Translations under genes and position numbers: made by a program
The notes under the pieces: model-generated
The model's input: the letters and a program-made list of their open reading frames with translations, nothing else
What the model was told of the DNA's origin: nothing
The model's database searches: none
Origin: Macrostomum lignano
Lineage: Eukaryota
Direction of reading: 5' to 3'
Assembly (NCBI GenBank): GCA_002269645.1
Contig: NIVC01000920.1
Location: 62,001-126,000 of the forward strand
DNA: 64,000 nt
Part shown: one piece after another, positions 10,801-22,447 of the stretch
Layout of the letters: each line of letters opens with the position of its first letter
Numbering within the stretch: the stretch's first letter is position 1

Positions 10801-13018
10801 TCTGACCGTTTCGCCGTCAGAGCTGCCAGCCAAGCACCTGGCCAGGACGTCGGCGTCTCGGTCGAGCAGCTGGACGCTGGCGCAGTCGGACTTGCTCATG
10901 GCGGCCAGCCGGTTGGCTATGAACTCCGGCGTCAGGTCGGAGTCTGCGCCGGCTGAGCCTTTGGCCGCTTCTTGGGATCGGATCTCCTGCGAGAGTGCGG
11001 TTGGGAATTGTTGCCTTTTTAGGGAATTGCAGAGACCTGCTGTTGCCAGGTTGTGATGGTGACTGTGAGGTTGTGATGGTGACTGTGAGGTTGTGATGGT
11101 GACTGTGAGGTTGTGATGGTGACTGTGAGGTTGTGATGGTGACTGTGAGGTTGTATTGGTGATTGTGAGGTTGTGATGGTGACTGTGAGGTTGTGATGGT
11201 GACTGTGAGGTTGTATTGGTGATTGTGAGGTTGTGATGGTGACTGTGAGGTTGTATTGGTGATTGTGAGGTTGTGATGGTGACTGTGAGGTTGTATTGGT
11301 GATTGTGAGGTTGTGATGGTGACTGTGAGGTTGTGATGGTGACTGTGAGGTTCTGATGGTGACTGTGAGGTTGTATTGGTGATTGTGAGGTTGTGATGGT
11401 GATTGTGAGGTTGCGATGGTGATTGTGAGGTTGTATTGGTGATTGTGAGGTTGTGATGGTGACTGTGAGGTTGCGATGGTGACTGTAAGGTTGTGATGGT
11501 GACTGTGAGGTTGTTTTAGCGATTGTGAGGTTGTATTGGTGATTGTGAGGTTGTGATGGTGACTGTGAGGTTGCGATGGTGACTGTAAGGTTGTGATGGT
11601 GACTGTGAGGTTGTTTTAGCGATTGTGAGGTTGTATTGGTGATTGTGAGGTTGTGTTGATGATTGTGAGGTTTTATTGCTGATTTTGAGTTGTTTTAGTG
11701 ATTTGGAGGTTGTAGGTTGTGATGGCAGTGACAGTGATCCGTAGACACAGCGGCGAGGCGAGGGTCCGGTGACTGGGAGGTTTTGTTGACGACACTAATT
11801 GAGAACAGCTGGTGTTACAGTTATCCCCTATTGCCCTAAACCCCTCCTTCTTGAGCATCAACAGCTGCACATCAGGCCAGGTATGCTAGGCCCGTTCTAT
11901 CAGCAAAGAAACCTGTTCGAAATCGGAGTCAACAATCTCTGTCTCTGGAGCAGGGGCAGCCGCGCCGCCACGGCCAGGTCCGGCTGACTGGAAACCGCCC
12001 GGCCGAGCGGCCATCACCCGACCTCCTGAGCTCGAATCGTCAATAGTCACCTCAGCGGCGCCAGCAGTGGAATCCTCTTCCTCTTCTATGGGTGTCACGT
12101 GATGCCGCAGTTTAACAGTAGAAGCTCCCGGCAGTCTAACTGAAGTATCAGCTGACAGAGATTCCATTTGCAGGTCTTCAGAATTGGCTGCATTAGCTGG
12201 GGCCTCATCTGGCGGGCCATTTTTGCTACTGTCAGTAGGTTGGTGAGCTTTTTGCCTGCTAGATTTGCCTGAAAATGTAAGGTAGTAAAAGATAGCAGGT
12301 TAAGTCGAGAAATATACTAGCTATAACTTTGATAACTTTTAAAGAAACCACCTAATTAGTGGTGCATATTTATCATACATATTCTTAATATTTCCAATTA
12401 ATAAATTTAGGTTATAAGCAGTCATATTTCATTTTCTAAAAATACAATGGTAGGTTGATATAGGTAACTTTCTATTTTATCTAATAATTATAATACATTT
12501 GTATAATTATCAATATAGTTATTAAAGAAAAAATACAGCATAAACTATTTTTTAAAAATTAAATTTAAAGTAAAAAGATACTGAAATATAAATCTAATAT
12601 TATTAAAATCATTCTACCTTGGATATCAAATTTCTAAAGCAAGTTCTAAGACATTTAATGATTTTTATAAACTACGCCTATAGAATTTTGGCCTGAATAA
12701 AATATATTTTCTATTCTAGGCCTATTTTTATTTTTGTCAACTTATAACTATAAGTTTGATGACTTATAAGCCTACCCAAATGCATTCTACTGTCTGTTTT
12801 ATAAGGTCTGTTATGTAGAACTACATAACAAGTATTAATAACTTCATGAAAACGATGAAAAGCATAACAGACATACCTTCAGTCTCTTTACCCGAAGTGA
12901 TCTGCTTTAAATATCGATTGCGTAGATAAATGAACCAGCTAGTCAAGGCAGTTGCGGCGCCTACACCAAACAACGCCAATGTTCGCCGACCAAGTACATG
13001 GTTTAGTGACAAAGCCAT
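7895..13018 (-). CDS. ARMC10/ARMCX-like protein (N-terminal membrane anchor + armadillo-like domain), 5 exons, ~486 aa
   Basis: Exons 13018-12877, 12268-11913, 10986-10641, 9317-8851, 8044-7895; all GT-AG, phases 1/0/1/0, no internal stop; hydrophobic N-terminus, acidic linker, helical motifs (LQCLLNLINLS, GLQLLANLA, CLTLLSNLT). Family call from memory of Arm_2 proteins. Confidence 0.75.
8265..8835. repeat. 22-bp minisatellite (GAAAATCTCACCAATGAGAATT)
   Basis: 22-bp period; fills intron 4 of the ARMC10-like gene. Confidence 0.95.
9440..10625. repeat. 21-bp G-rich minisatellite (GAGGGAGACACGGGAGGGTGA)
   Basis: 21-bp period; fills intron 3 of the ARMC10-like gene. Confidence 0.95.
11048..11720. 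repeat. 20-bp minisatellite (GGTTGTGATGGTGACTGTGA), second locus
   Basis: Same unit as 3510-4155; fills intron 2 of the ARMC10-like gene. Confidence 0.95.
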
Positions 13019-13716
13019 TTGTATGAGTCAATTTCTTAGGTATGGGGTTCAAAGAACAGTTTTTCAGGTTGTGATAACTTCACAGACTGAAAAGTGTAGA
13101 CCTGTTTAGTGTTTATCAATCACACAATCATAATCTGATGTCGTAGAAAAGTATGTCGCGACAATTACATTAAATTTTTGACTAATTAACTTAACAAACG
13201 TAAGCCTGTATGAATTATTTTTCTATTGTTACTAGTAAATAAAAGCCTTTACCAATTTGAACAGAAATTATTCTACTTTTTACTAACATGGGAAGTAATT
13301 GACTTTTAATTTGTTCGTTAATACAATGTTAGACAATTGTAATACAGGCATACAAGCTGCTTCTACGTTGCTTAGATATTGATCATGAGCATATATGCGC
13401 AATCATGCAAACCAAACTCCTCTGCAGAAGGTAGTGCTGCATCACCAAACTGTTTAGAAGTGTACGCGTAGTGTGATATCGTAATCTATCACGCTTGCCA
13501 GTTACAGCTACATGTACAATAGGTGTGGTTCCTTCTAGTATAGCCGATAATATACTGCAGGCGACTATTAATGAATAGATAAGGTAGTCAGTTACGTTGC
13601 ACACCGCATTTTAGATTGAATTTTTGAGAAAGAATCTTATTACTTTTTTTCTTCAAAAAAACTAGCGCTACAGATGATGTCGAAAACTGCCCTGATTGTA
13701 CATGTATTTTTAGTCT

Positions 13717-14148
13717 ATGGTGTCTTTGCTCAGCAAAGAAAAATCTAGCAGAGTCGTAAAGAAGCCCACTGAATGCTTTTTAGCTAACAATAATTTAAGT
13801 AAAAAGCTTCGCCAGCATCGTCCATTAAGTAATTATCGATCACTATATCGCTCGAGCATGCCTTCCTCGCCGTCCAAGAAGTACGATCTGGACCTCGCTT
13901 ACCAGAAAGAAAAGGTTCACACCTGCGAAACTCAGGCCATTCGTTATACGGACCTATCGCGAATGATCGGCAGGAACTTCAATCAAATATTCGAACAGTC
14001 GATGACGTTTGACGATGATGACGACCAGCAGCAGCAGGGCCAGGGCGAGGGGTGCGGGGCCAGGCGGGACGCCAGTCAGGGTGACCTCATCCAAGGAGTC
14101 TCTTCGTCATCCGACCAGCTTCCGTCAAACTCTGGAGCATCAAAGTAA
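13717..14148 (+). CDS. Unassigned small protein (likely coding part from ATG ~13858)
   Basis: GC-rich, coding-like composition from ~13858; acidic/Gln-rich tail; no family recognised. Confidence 0.35.
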   Translation: MVSLLSKEKSSRVVKKPTECFLANNNLSKKLRQHRPLSNYRSLYRSSMPSSPSKKYDLDLAYQKEKVHTCETQAIRYTDLSRMIGRNFNQIFEQSMTFDDDDDQQQQGQGEGCGARRDASQGDLIQGVSSSSDQLPSNSGASK

Positions 14149-14712
14149 TGGCCATATCGTCCAGGCAGCAACGAAAGTCTACATAAACTTCTCTTGCTAC
14201 ACTTATCTATCCATTTCAATGAAAAAACCTACTTCTCTTTGTTTTGCAGTCGACTCTCTCTAGCAAGAAGCGACACTTGAATAATATTTTCATTTGTTTT
14301 TTTTAAGTGTAGCTCGTACTGCACTATTTGAAATGGTGCAGAAATGGTTTGCCTTGATAATCATCAAATAAATAAACAAAAAATGTATCAATTTTCGAAC
14401 CGGTGTTTTCAAAGAATCATAGCCGATATGCTTTACTGTATATTTGCTTGTGTCTTCGATCATTTATTCGAGATTTATCAGGGAGAATAAAGTTTCAGGA
14501 TAGAAATATGCATAAATATTCTAAGCCAGAGTACATGTATATAAAATTCCTATCTGGCTATGCCAGTTAAAGCGAATTTCGGTCTTTTGACGTGATCTAT
14601 GGGTGACCCGGTTTAACACAAGGAATTATCTATATGTATCCAACGGACATTGGGTGAGTACTCCGAGCAGATAATTCTGTGCTGCTAGAGAAGCAAGGGG
14701 GGAAACAATGAA

Positions 14713-15790
14713 TCAATGTTCTTCGTGCAGCATCGATTGCAGCTCGGCAAAGGTCGGCTTCCGTTTCAGCAGCATCCGCTTGATCCTGTCAACCTCAGTG
14801 TTGCCGTAACTGAACGGCGACTCCATGAGGCCGCTCCGGCTGGCCGTGGTGCTGGGCCGGGAGCTCTCGATGCTGCTGGTGCCAAGCAGATCTTCCGGCT
14901 TCTCCGGATTGGCCAGCTATTTCAACTCGCTGCACGTCGCTGTAATCCCGCACAGTCGCGTAGATGCCGCGCACCTTAATGCCGAACCGAATCAGCTCGA
15001 GTTTCGGCTCGTTCTTATTAAACGTGATCACCCAACGGTTCTCCATGCCTTTGACGTTGACGGTGCTAGCCAGAGGCAGAAACTGGATGCACTGGACGAC
15101 GTACTGGCCGGCTAAAATCTCCAGCTTGCTGTCGATGGCCATTTTCACCTCCGAATGGGTCACCTGGGTGCCTGCAGAGTAGAAGCATATAGGATAACTA
15201 TATCAGCGATCCAAGCAAGATGAAGACAAGCAAAAATTATGAATTAAGTCAAATCGTGCACTTATATATTTTACTCTCAATTTTGAGCAATGTTAAATTA
15301 AAATCAAACTACATGAACTTTAATAGAGGCAATTAATCCTGTGCTAGATGAAGTACTAATAATTGACTGCACCAATGACTGCAGCAATGCAGAGTTAAGT
15401 GTCTTGCTCAAGGACACAAATTGTTCCAGTGGGATCGGGAATCGAACTCCCAACCTTTCAGTCGTGAGTCCGACGCTTTAACCACTAGGCTACAAGTAGG
15501 CTAAGTTGACAGTGCGGAAGCTGGAATCCAGCTCGTAGATACATGTAGTTAGTTCGCAGGTCTTTTGGGGCCACGGCCGACCCCGCAGCCCCCCCCCCCG
15601 CCACCTGAGCAACCAAGTCACCTGGAAAGTTGAAGCACACGGTGAACGGCAAAGCGATAAACTTAGGTGGATCAGTGTTCCTGCAGTAAACTGGCCTGAT
15701 GATTCGCTTCATGCCTTGATCCTCTTGCACCAATTTGCCAATGTGGCCCTTCAGGTTGGGCACTAAGTGTAGAATTTTGAACGGGTCCAT
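14713..15790 (-). CDS. C19orf81-like (RRM-like fold) protein with a frame discontinuity near 14920
   Basis: Exons 15790-15622 and 15171-14713, phase-1 GT-AG intron; VTHSEV..NRWVITF..LIRFGI..VRDYSDV recalls C19orf81; C-terminus continues in another frame to TGA at 14713. Confidence 0.6.
15361..15492 (-). mobile_element. tRNA-derived SINE with CORE-like segment
   Basis: TAGCCTAGTGG (A box), GAGTTCGATTCC (B box), then GTGTCCTTGAGCAAGACACTTAACTC resembling the CORE-SINE domain; intronic. Confidence 0.75.
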
Positions 15791-16247
15791 TCTGCTGAAT
15801 GCTGCAAGTTTTTTTTAATATCGAACAGCCAGGAATATTGGTTAGAAAGTTAGCTGAAGACTAATCAGGACGGCAGCTTTTAAGCGTTTTATCCTCCTTT
15901 CAAAATTACATGTAATTTCCTTTTCTTTTATTAATTATTTATCGCATTCAGCTGATTGCAAACTGCACAGTGAAGGTAATAAAATAAAGTGACTTTACAA
16001 GGCGAGCCTTTGTGAGTAGCAGCGTTAGGTGATCAGTACTTAGCTATAGGGATACTGCTTCCAGATAGCAGATGGCAACCAAATATAGTTGTATTCATAG
16101 CTCAACTCAGCTGCATGGCGTGCTGAGAACGCTAAATACTAAGCTAAAGTATAGCTTTTTGCAGTCTATTTGGGCTCGAATTAGATTTAATCCAAGATAT
16201 GCTTGCCAAAGTAACGGAGCTTTTGTCTATGGTAGCAAGGCTGGCAC

Positions 16248-17529
16248 AGCAGCAGTTAATTTGGTCCAACAAGCATCAATTTGGTCCATAGCGGCTATGA
16301 AAGCCAATCACAAGTTAAAACTGTGTAATGCGATTTATTTGAGCAAATTTCACTGTACCAACACAAGGTGACGTCAAAAATCTAATCTGCTTAACTATAG
16401 CAAAGTATAAAGTCAAAACACATGTTTGGTGAAAAGAAGAAAAGCGTGTTAAATTAACTTTTTTCCTTGCCATGCAAGTGGCCATGAAGCGCAGCATCAG
16501 CCTGTACCAACCTGAACTCTTTAAAGGTGTGATGGCAGCTGTAGCGGCATTGGCAATGCGGTGAAGCACTATGTACTCTCCATTGGCCAAGGGTGGTGTT
16601 TAGGAGGCGGCTGATCAAGCTCTAGTTGGTTGGCCGGGTCACTGAGCTCCTGTTTGATTGCAGCCTTCAGGCAAGAATAGACAGCCTTGACAGGATTTAG
16701 AAATGGGGAGTATGGTTGCAATGTGATGAGCTTGGATCCTGTCCTGATGTACTTCCGAAATGCTCCGTTATGAAACCGCGCATCATACAAAATGACGCGC
16801 ATCTGTTGGGCATCCAGTCCATGAACTTTGAGTAGAGACTGCAGCAGTTGACTGATGGTCGGTAAAACCGCTTGCAGTACATTCACTTGCTGACCTCGAC
16901 GACGACCACGACTTTGAGTCGAAATGCTAAATCCAGTCTCGTCCAGATAACTCGTCCGGGCTGTTGCGTACATGTACGAGCGTACTTCTGGAAGGTCAGC
17001 GTCTCTACCAAGATTTTCAGTGTTATCAGTCGCTTTTCCAGAGCTCTGCTGATGGTCGAAATGCTGAAAAACAAATAGAACTGTTCTTTCAACTTCGGCT
17101 GCATTTTCTGCAACGTCAACAAAGGGTTTGTCTCAATTGCATCGAGTAGCAGTTGGACCTGAGGCTTCCGTAACTTGTTTTGGCGATTTCTGTCCCTCCG
17201 CAGACGATCTCTGCTTCCAGTGGTTTCAACACGCTGACAGATTCTTTAAAGCGTCTTTTCTTTGACACTCAGCAACTTTGCAATGTCCTTTAGGTGTTCA
17301 CCTCCGTCCGATGCTTTGATCACAAGCTCATGGCGTTCGTTGGACAGTCTAGAGTATATGGTCTACGATTCCACTACTGATACTGCTCAGCAGTTTCAAC
17401 AGTTTCAAATGAATCATTGCTTCTGTCCTCACTGCTTGTGTCAGATATGTCTACATTAAAGTCTAGGGGTGAAAATATGGAGCTGCTATGGACAAAATTG
17501 ATGCTTGTTGGATCAAATTAAATGCTGCT
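16248..17529 (-). mobile_element. Decayed IS630/Tc1/mariner-superfamily DNA transposon
   Basis: ~49-bp inverted repeats at 16248-16296 and 17481-17529; fragmented transposase ~17370-16430 with HTH, YLDETGF, LYDARFH and LQPYSPFLNPV; stops and frameshifts. Confidence 0.85.
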
Positions 17530-17539
17530 CTACAACACT

Positions 17540-18195
17540 TGCTCGTGTCTATGGTCTTGCAACACTCACTAGTGTCTATGGTCTTGCAACACTCACTAGT
17601 GTCTATGGTCTTGCAACAGTCGCTAGTGTTGCAACACTCACTAGTGTCTATGGTCTTGCAACAGTCGCTAGTGTCTATGGTCTTGCAACACTCGCAAGTG
17701 TTGCAACAGTCGCTAGTGTCTATGGTCTTGCAACACTCGCTAGTGTCTATGGTCTTGCAACAGTCGCTAGTGTCTATGGTCTTGCAACACTCGCTAGTGT
17801 TGCAACAGTCGCTAGTGTCTATGGTCTTGTAACACTCGCTAGTGTCTATGGTCTTGCAACACTCGCTAGTGTCTATGGTCTTGCAACACTCGCTAGTGTC
17901 TATGGTCTTGCAACAGTCGCTAGTGTTGCAACAGTCGCTAGTGTCTATGGTCTTGCAACAGTCGCTAGTGTTGCAACACTCGCTAGTGTCTATGGTCTTG
18001 CAACAGTCGCTAGTGTTGCAACACTCACTAGTGTCTATGGTCTTGCAACAGTCGCTAGTATCTATGGTCTTGCAACACTCGCTAGTATCTATAGTCTTGC
18101 AACAGTCGCTAGTGTCTATGGTCTTGCAACAGTCGCTAGTGTCTATGGTCTTGCAACAGTCGCTAGTGTCTATGGTCTTGCAACACTTGCTAGTG
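17540..18195. repeat. 27-bp/18-bp composite minisatellite (AGTGTCTATGGTCTTGCAACACTCGCT)
   Basis: Mix of 27-bp units and 18-bp deletion variants abutting the transposon inverted repeat. Confidence 0.95.
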
Positions 18196-18697
18196 TCTGT
18201 TCACACTTTTCTTATTTGGAATTCTGTCGAATTTAATACAGTAGAAGCATGTGGTAGCACAGAAGAATAAGTGTCGCATTTGTTCAAAGTTGGTCGCCAA
18301 TCAAAGCTTGAAATTTCAGTAAGTCAAATAGGTAGTAAAAATAAAAGACAATATACCTTATATATTTTTAACTATTGAATAATACTTAGAAGCGTGAGTT
18401 CTTGGTCTTTTTTCTGTTGTGGAACGCACAGCTTGTATTTTTGTTTAAAATGTAAAAAGCATAGCTTATTCGATGGTACGCATTGCCGAAGTTCGAAACA
18501 GCAAGCAAAACTTTTAAGTCGATGGCTCAATGAGTTGAGTCGAGTGAGCAATGAAAGATTTATAATATTCCGGGCGAATATCGCGTGGAAAAACACTATT
18601 ATATTAATTTATTACTTGCTAGCTTAGTAATTAAAATATTGATTAAGAATATGTTGGTTGGAAGTCACTGTCGAGAAGACTGTTACGCGACAGTCGC

Positions 18698-19041
18698 TTA
18701 CAGGCCGGCCTTGTACACCAGGATGGCAAAGGGGCCGTTCTGGAAGTAGCCGAAGGTGCTCTTCTCGTGCGTCACGTAGCTGGAAAGTCAGGCGGCAATG
18801 AGAAGTTGAGTTCATTTATAGCTGATAAAATTTCAGAAGAAGCAACTGCGTGAAACTCTCACCTAGCGTAGTTGCGGCCAACGGTCACCTGCCAGGTGGG
18901 GGTGAACTTGCTGTCCAGCCTCTTCTTCAGGTTGCTGGCGATGCCATCGTCGTCCTTGTACTCGGCGCAGATCTCGTTGATCAGAGCGAGGACGTCCGGC
19001 TTCAGCTCGGGGGACATGTCACCCTTCTGGAACTGCGCCAT
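18698..19041 (-). CDS. Dynein light chain LC8-type (divergent), 2 exons, 87 aa
   Basis: Exons 19041-18863 and 18779-18698, 83-nt phase-2 intron; IASNLKKRLDSKFTPTWQVTVGRNYASYVTHE matches the LC8 signature. Confidence 0.9.
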
Positions 19042-20099
19042 TCTGACTGAGTTGTTTGAGCTTGAGCTTGAATGAGTTGCTTCAAAAATTCGAGTGGTGT
19101 GCGGTTCTGCACCCCGGCCCGAACGTCTTCATTTTATATCGCCAGCGAGAGAAGCTTTGGGGTGCCCGCCAAGCCCGCCATTGGTCGAGCCGCACCCACT
19201 ACGCTGGGTCTTAGCTGCAGCTAAACTCCAGCTGGACTGGCCCCTCAGGCTGTTCAGCTGAGAATGCAGCCAGCTTGAAGCTAAAAACTCCTAGTCAGGA
19301 AATTTACCTCATAGACTGGTCTGCGTTGAGCTGCATCTTTTTGTTTCTTCTTTTGTGCCGTTCTAACCCACCCTCCGCCCGCAGTAGCGAGTGGTGCGAG
19401 GGCTGCGTCAACGGCGCGCGCCGCCCTGGGGCAACAGGCGAACCGGGTCAGGCTGCCATTGTAGTCACTTCTGCAGGTAAATTATGCACACTCGCAGCCC
19501 CCGTGCTCTGGCATTCTCTTTTCTCTCTCTTTTGTGTCGCACAGCACAGTCTGAGTATATGCTGAACTCCCCTTGCTGCATTCCTGCGGCCCACAGCTGC
19601 TGTCGTAGTTGTAGCTGCTGTCCGACAAGTGACCCAACCCTCCCTCCTCTCTCCAGCGAGTTTGAATGAAGCTGAATGGGGCATATGCACTCTGCTCAAT
19701 GAACATTAAATGAGTTAGAAAGGAAGCAAAGATGCAGTTTTGAAAGAGGCTGGAATTTTCGGGTAAAAATTCCCCGTTATGCTCTTAGTGTAGTTCAATA
19801 TGTTTATTGTGGAATATCGATGACAACCCGTCATATGTACATCTTATAAAGCCAGCAGATTTGGTCACCATCGCTGACTTCATAGTTCTAAAAACTACAG
19901 TCCTCATCTTCCTCAGGCTGGCCGCAGACACCTCAGGTCTGCTTCCTCGAAAGCGGTTTTCACGGGATTTTGCGATAGACGTTACGCTAGCTAATCCTGA
20001 TGAACAAAATAACGATGAAGTGTCTACCTCTACCTCTGAAACCGTATATATAACTAACCATTGACACTAGTTCTGTTAACGTCTTGGCACATTGACACT

Positions 20100-20725
20100 A
20101 ACTCAACAATTCCCAACTTCAGTTAACCCCGATTGTAGGAACGCGATATAGTCTCCCTCGTGGCCATAGACATCCGTTATCTGCAAGCTTTTTGCTTATT
20201 AAAGGTTTTGAAGGACTGGGCCATAGACATATAATGTATATAACTACGAGCGTATAAGAAGGTTTGAAGTACAGGGGAGTAACGGAGAAATCACACGATC
20301 TATAGCTAGACCATGGAGCCACCTGTTAAGCGTGTTTACTACGAGTATGTCAACTACAAACAAACTGCCTGGAGAAGCAATATCTGGATTGCAATCCTTA
20401 CAGATGGATGTTCTCCTTCAACAGCAAACCAAGAAGCACCTTGTGGAAAAGCAAATTGACCAACTGTCAAATCTAGATGATGATTTTGTGCTGTCCGACG
20501 ATATTGACCTCTGATGGCATGCTCGACTGCGTGGCGACCGTTGAAGAGATCGAAAGATCGATAGACGACCTAGAAGAAAGTGTCGCAAGTGTCAATACCA
20601 GACTTCAGACGGATCAGTGCGTCAAAAGTTGTTCAACTTCATGGTATCGACATCGTCTTTAAAAATTGACTTGATGACGGCTGAGCCGGAGGACGTCAAC
20701 CGTGTGCTGCGATTGTTCAACGGCT
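20100..20725 (+). pseudogene. Degenerate coding remnant, possibly a hAT-like transposase C-terminus
   Basis: Protein-like fragments across frameshifts (EEIERSIDDLEESVASVNTRL; KIDLMTAEPEDVNRVLRLF) loosely recall the hAT dimerisation domain; unverified. Confidence 0.25.
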
Positions 20726-21398
20726 GAGCCGGAGGACGTCAACCGTGTGCTGCGATTGTTCAACGGCTGAGCCGGAGGACGTCAACCGTGTGCTGCGATT
20801 GTTCAACGGCTGAGCCGGAGGACGTCAACCGTGTGCTGCGATTGTTCAACGGCTGAGCCGGAGGACGTCAACCGTGTGCTGCGATTGTTCAACGGCTGAG
20901 CCGGAGGACGTCAACCGTGTGCTGCGATTGTTCAACGGCTGAGCCGGAGGACGTCAACCGTGTGCTGCGATTGTTCAACGGCTGAGCCGGAGGACGTCAA
21001 CCGTGTGCTGCGATTGTTCAACGGCTGAGCCGGAGGACGTCAACCGTGTGCTGCGATTGTTCAACGGCTGAGCCGGAGGACGTCAACCGTGTGCTGCGAT
21101 TGTTCAACGGCTGAGCCGGAGGACGTCAACCGTGTGCTGCGATTGTTCAACGGCTGAGCCGGAGGACGTCAACCGTGTGCTGCGATTGTTCAACGGCTGA
21201 GCCGGAGGACGTCAACCGTGTGCTGCGATTGTTCAACGGCTGAGCCGGAGGACGTCAACCGTGTGCTGCGATTGTTCAACGGCTGAGCCGGAGGACGTCA
21301 ACCGTGTGCTGCGATTGTTCAACGGCTGAGCCGGAGGACGTCAACCGTGTGCTGCGATTGTTCAACGGCTGAGCCGGAGGACGTCAACCGTGTGCTGC
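20677..21398. repeat. 43-bp perfect tandem array (~16.8 copies)
   Basis: ACGGCTGAGCCGGAGGACGTCAACCGTGTGCTGCGATTGTTCA repeated with no visible variation. Confidence 0.97.
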
Positions 21399-22447
21399 TT
21401 GTTTAGTTCAGTTCTTGGACTGAACAGCCGTACGCAGCCTTCATATGCGCCGCGCAATAGCTGCGGCTGAGCTGTCGGTTGCACATCTGCCCACATCAGG
21501 CATATCAGGCATATCTGGCATATCTGCTGGATAGGCATATCTGCCCATATAATTATTATAAGTTATTGTTGAGTTAATATTACATATATTCATATGCTTT
21601 TCGCTCTCAATAATTATAATTCGTAAAAAAGCGCAAGAACTTTATGGATGACCGGGTATAATACTTCAAGTAGCACGAGTCTCTTTTTTTCAGAACATTC
21701 TGCTGCCCGCTAAGGAGATAAAACCAAACCACTCATGGAAAATATAAATTTAGAATTCAACAATCTGCAGTCTAGAGGTGTCAGAGTCCAGTTACACGGA
21801 GCAGGTACAAACCAAGCTTATAAGCAAATTAGCAATTAAAATTCACCTGCCTTCGCTATGCAAATCAACTAAATTACATGTTTTTTTATCAAATCAGTTG
21901 GCAATGAATTACAGTGAAGGGTAAAGATAAGGTAAACTGAACAAGTTAGGGAAACTTGTTAGGCAATTCATTAGATTTGCGTTGCAATAAACTTGTACAA
22001 ATATTATCGTAACCAAGCTGAATGACATTCACAACACACGTGATTGCAGGCAAACCAGGTTGCTGCTAGATCAGCTCTATCTACCAGGGGCCGAACAGAG
22101 AGAATTTCGCTGCAACTTTCACTGTGCGCTTTCCATGTCTGCGCACCGATCGCACTCTAGAGTCTTCGGCTTGTCGGCAATACGCAATTGAAACGCGAGC
22201 TTGTTGGGCAAGTGCTACAGTTCACCCCTCGTCCCCAGTCGCCTTGAACTAGCTGTATGCTAATAAGTGCGACGCTTTATATGCTGGTACCGCCCACCAC
22301 TAGATAAGTGAAGAACACTTGGCACATAGCAGAAAAGTCAGCCATAGTGAAGCCAAGGTTAAATTGGGCTGCTACGTAAAGCGCTCTCACCTTTTGGAAG
22401 CAGCAAAATAGACTCACCAAGCCGATACCAAACAGTATTCAGCAGCA

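Noticed and set aside
7073-15492. tRNA genes at 7259 and 15492
   Set aside because: A/B boxes are present but there is no complete cloverleaf and SINE bodies follow, so they are called SINEs
19385-19477. Small AG...GT-bounded GC-rich segment on the + strand
   Set aside because: Could be an exon but cannot be linked to any gene from sequence alone
17540-21398. CRISPR-like appearance of the 27-bp and 43-bp arrays
   Set aside because: No unique spacers between repeats, no cas genes, eukaryotic context
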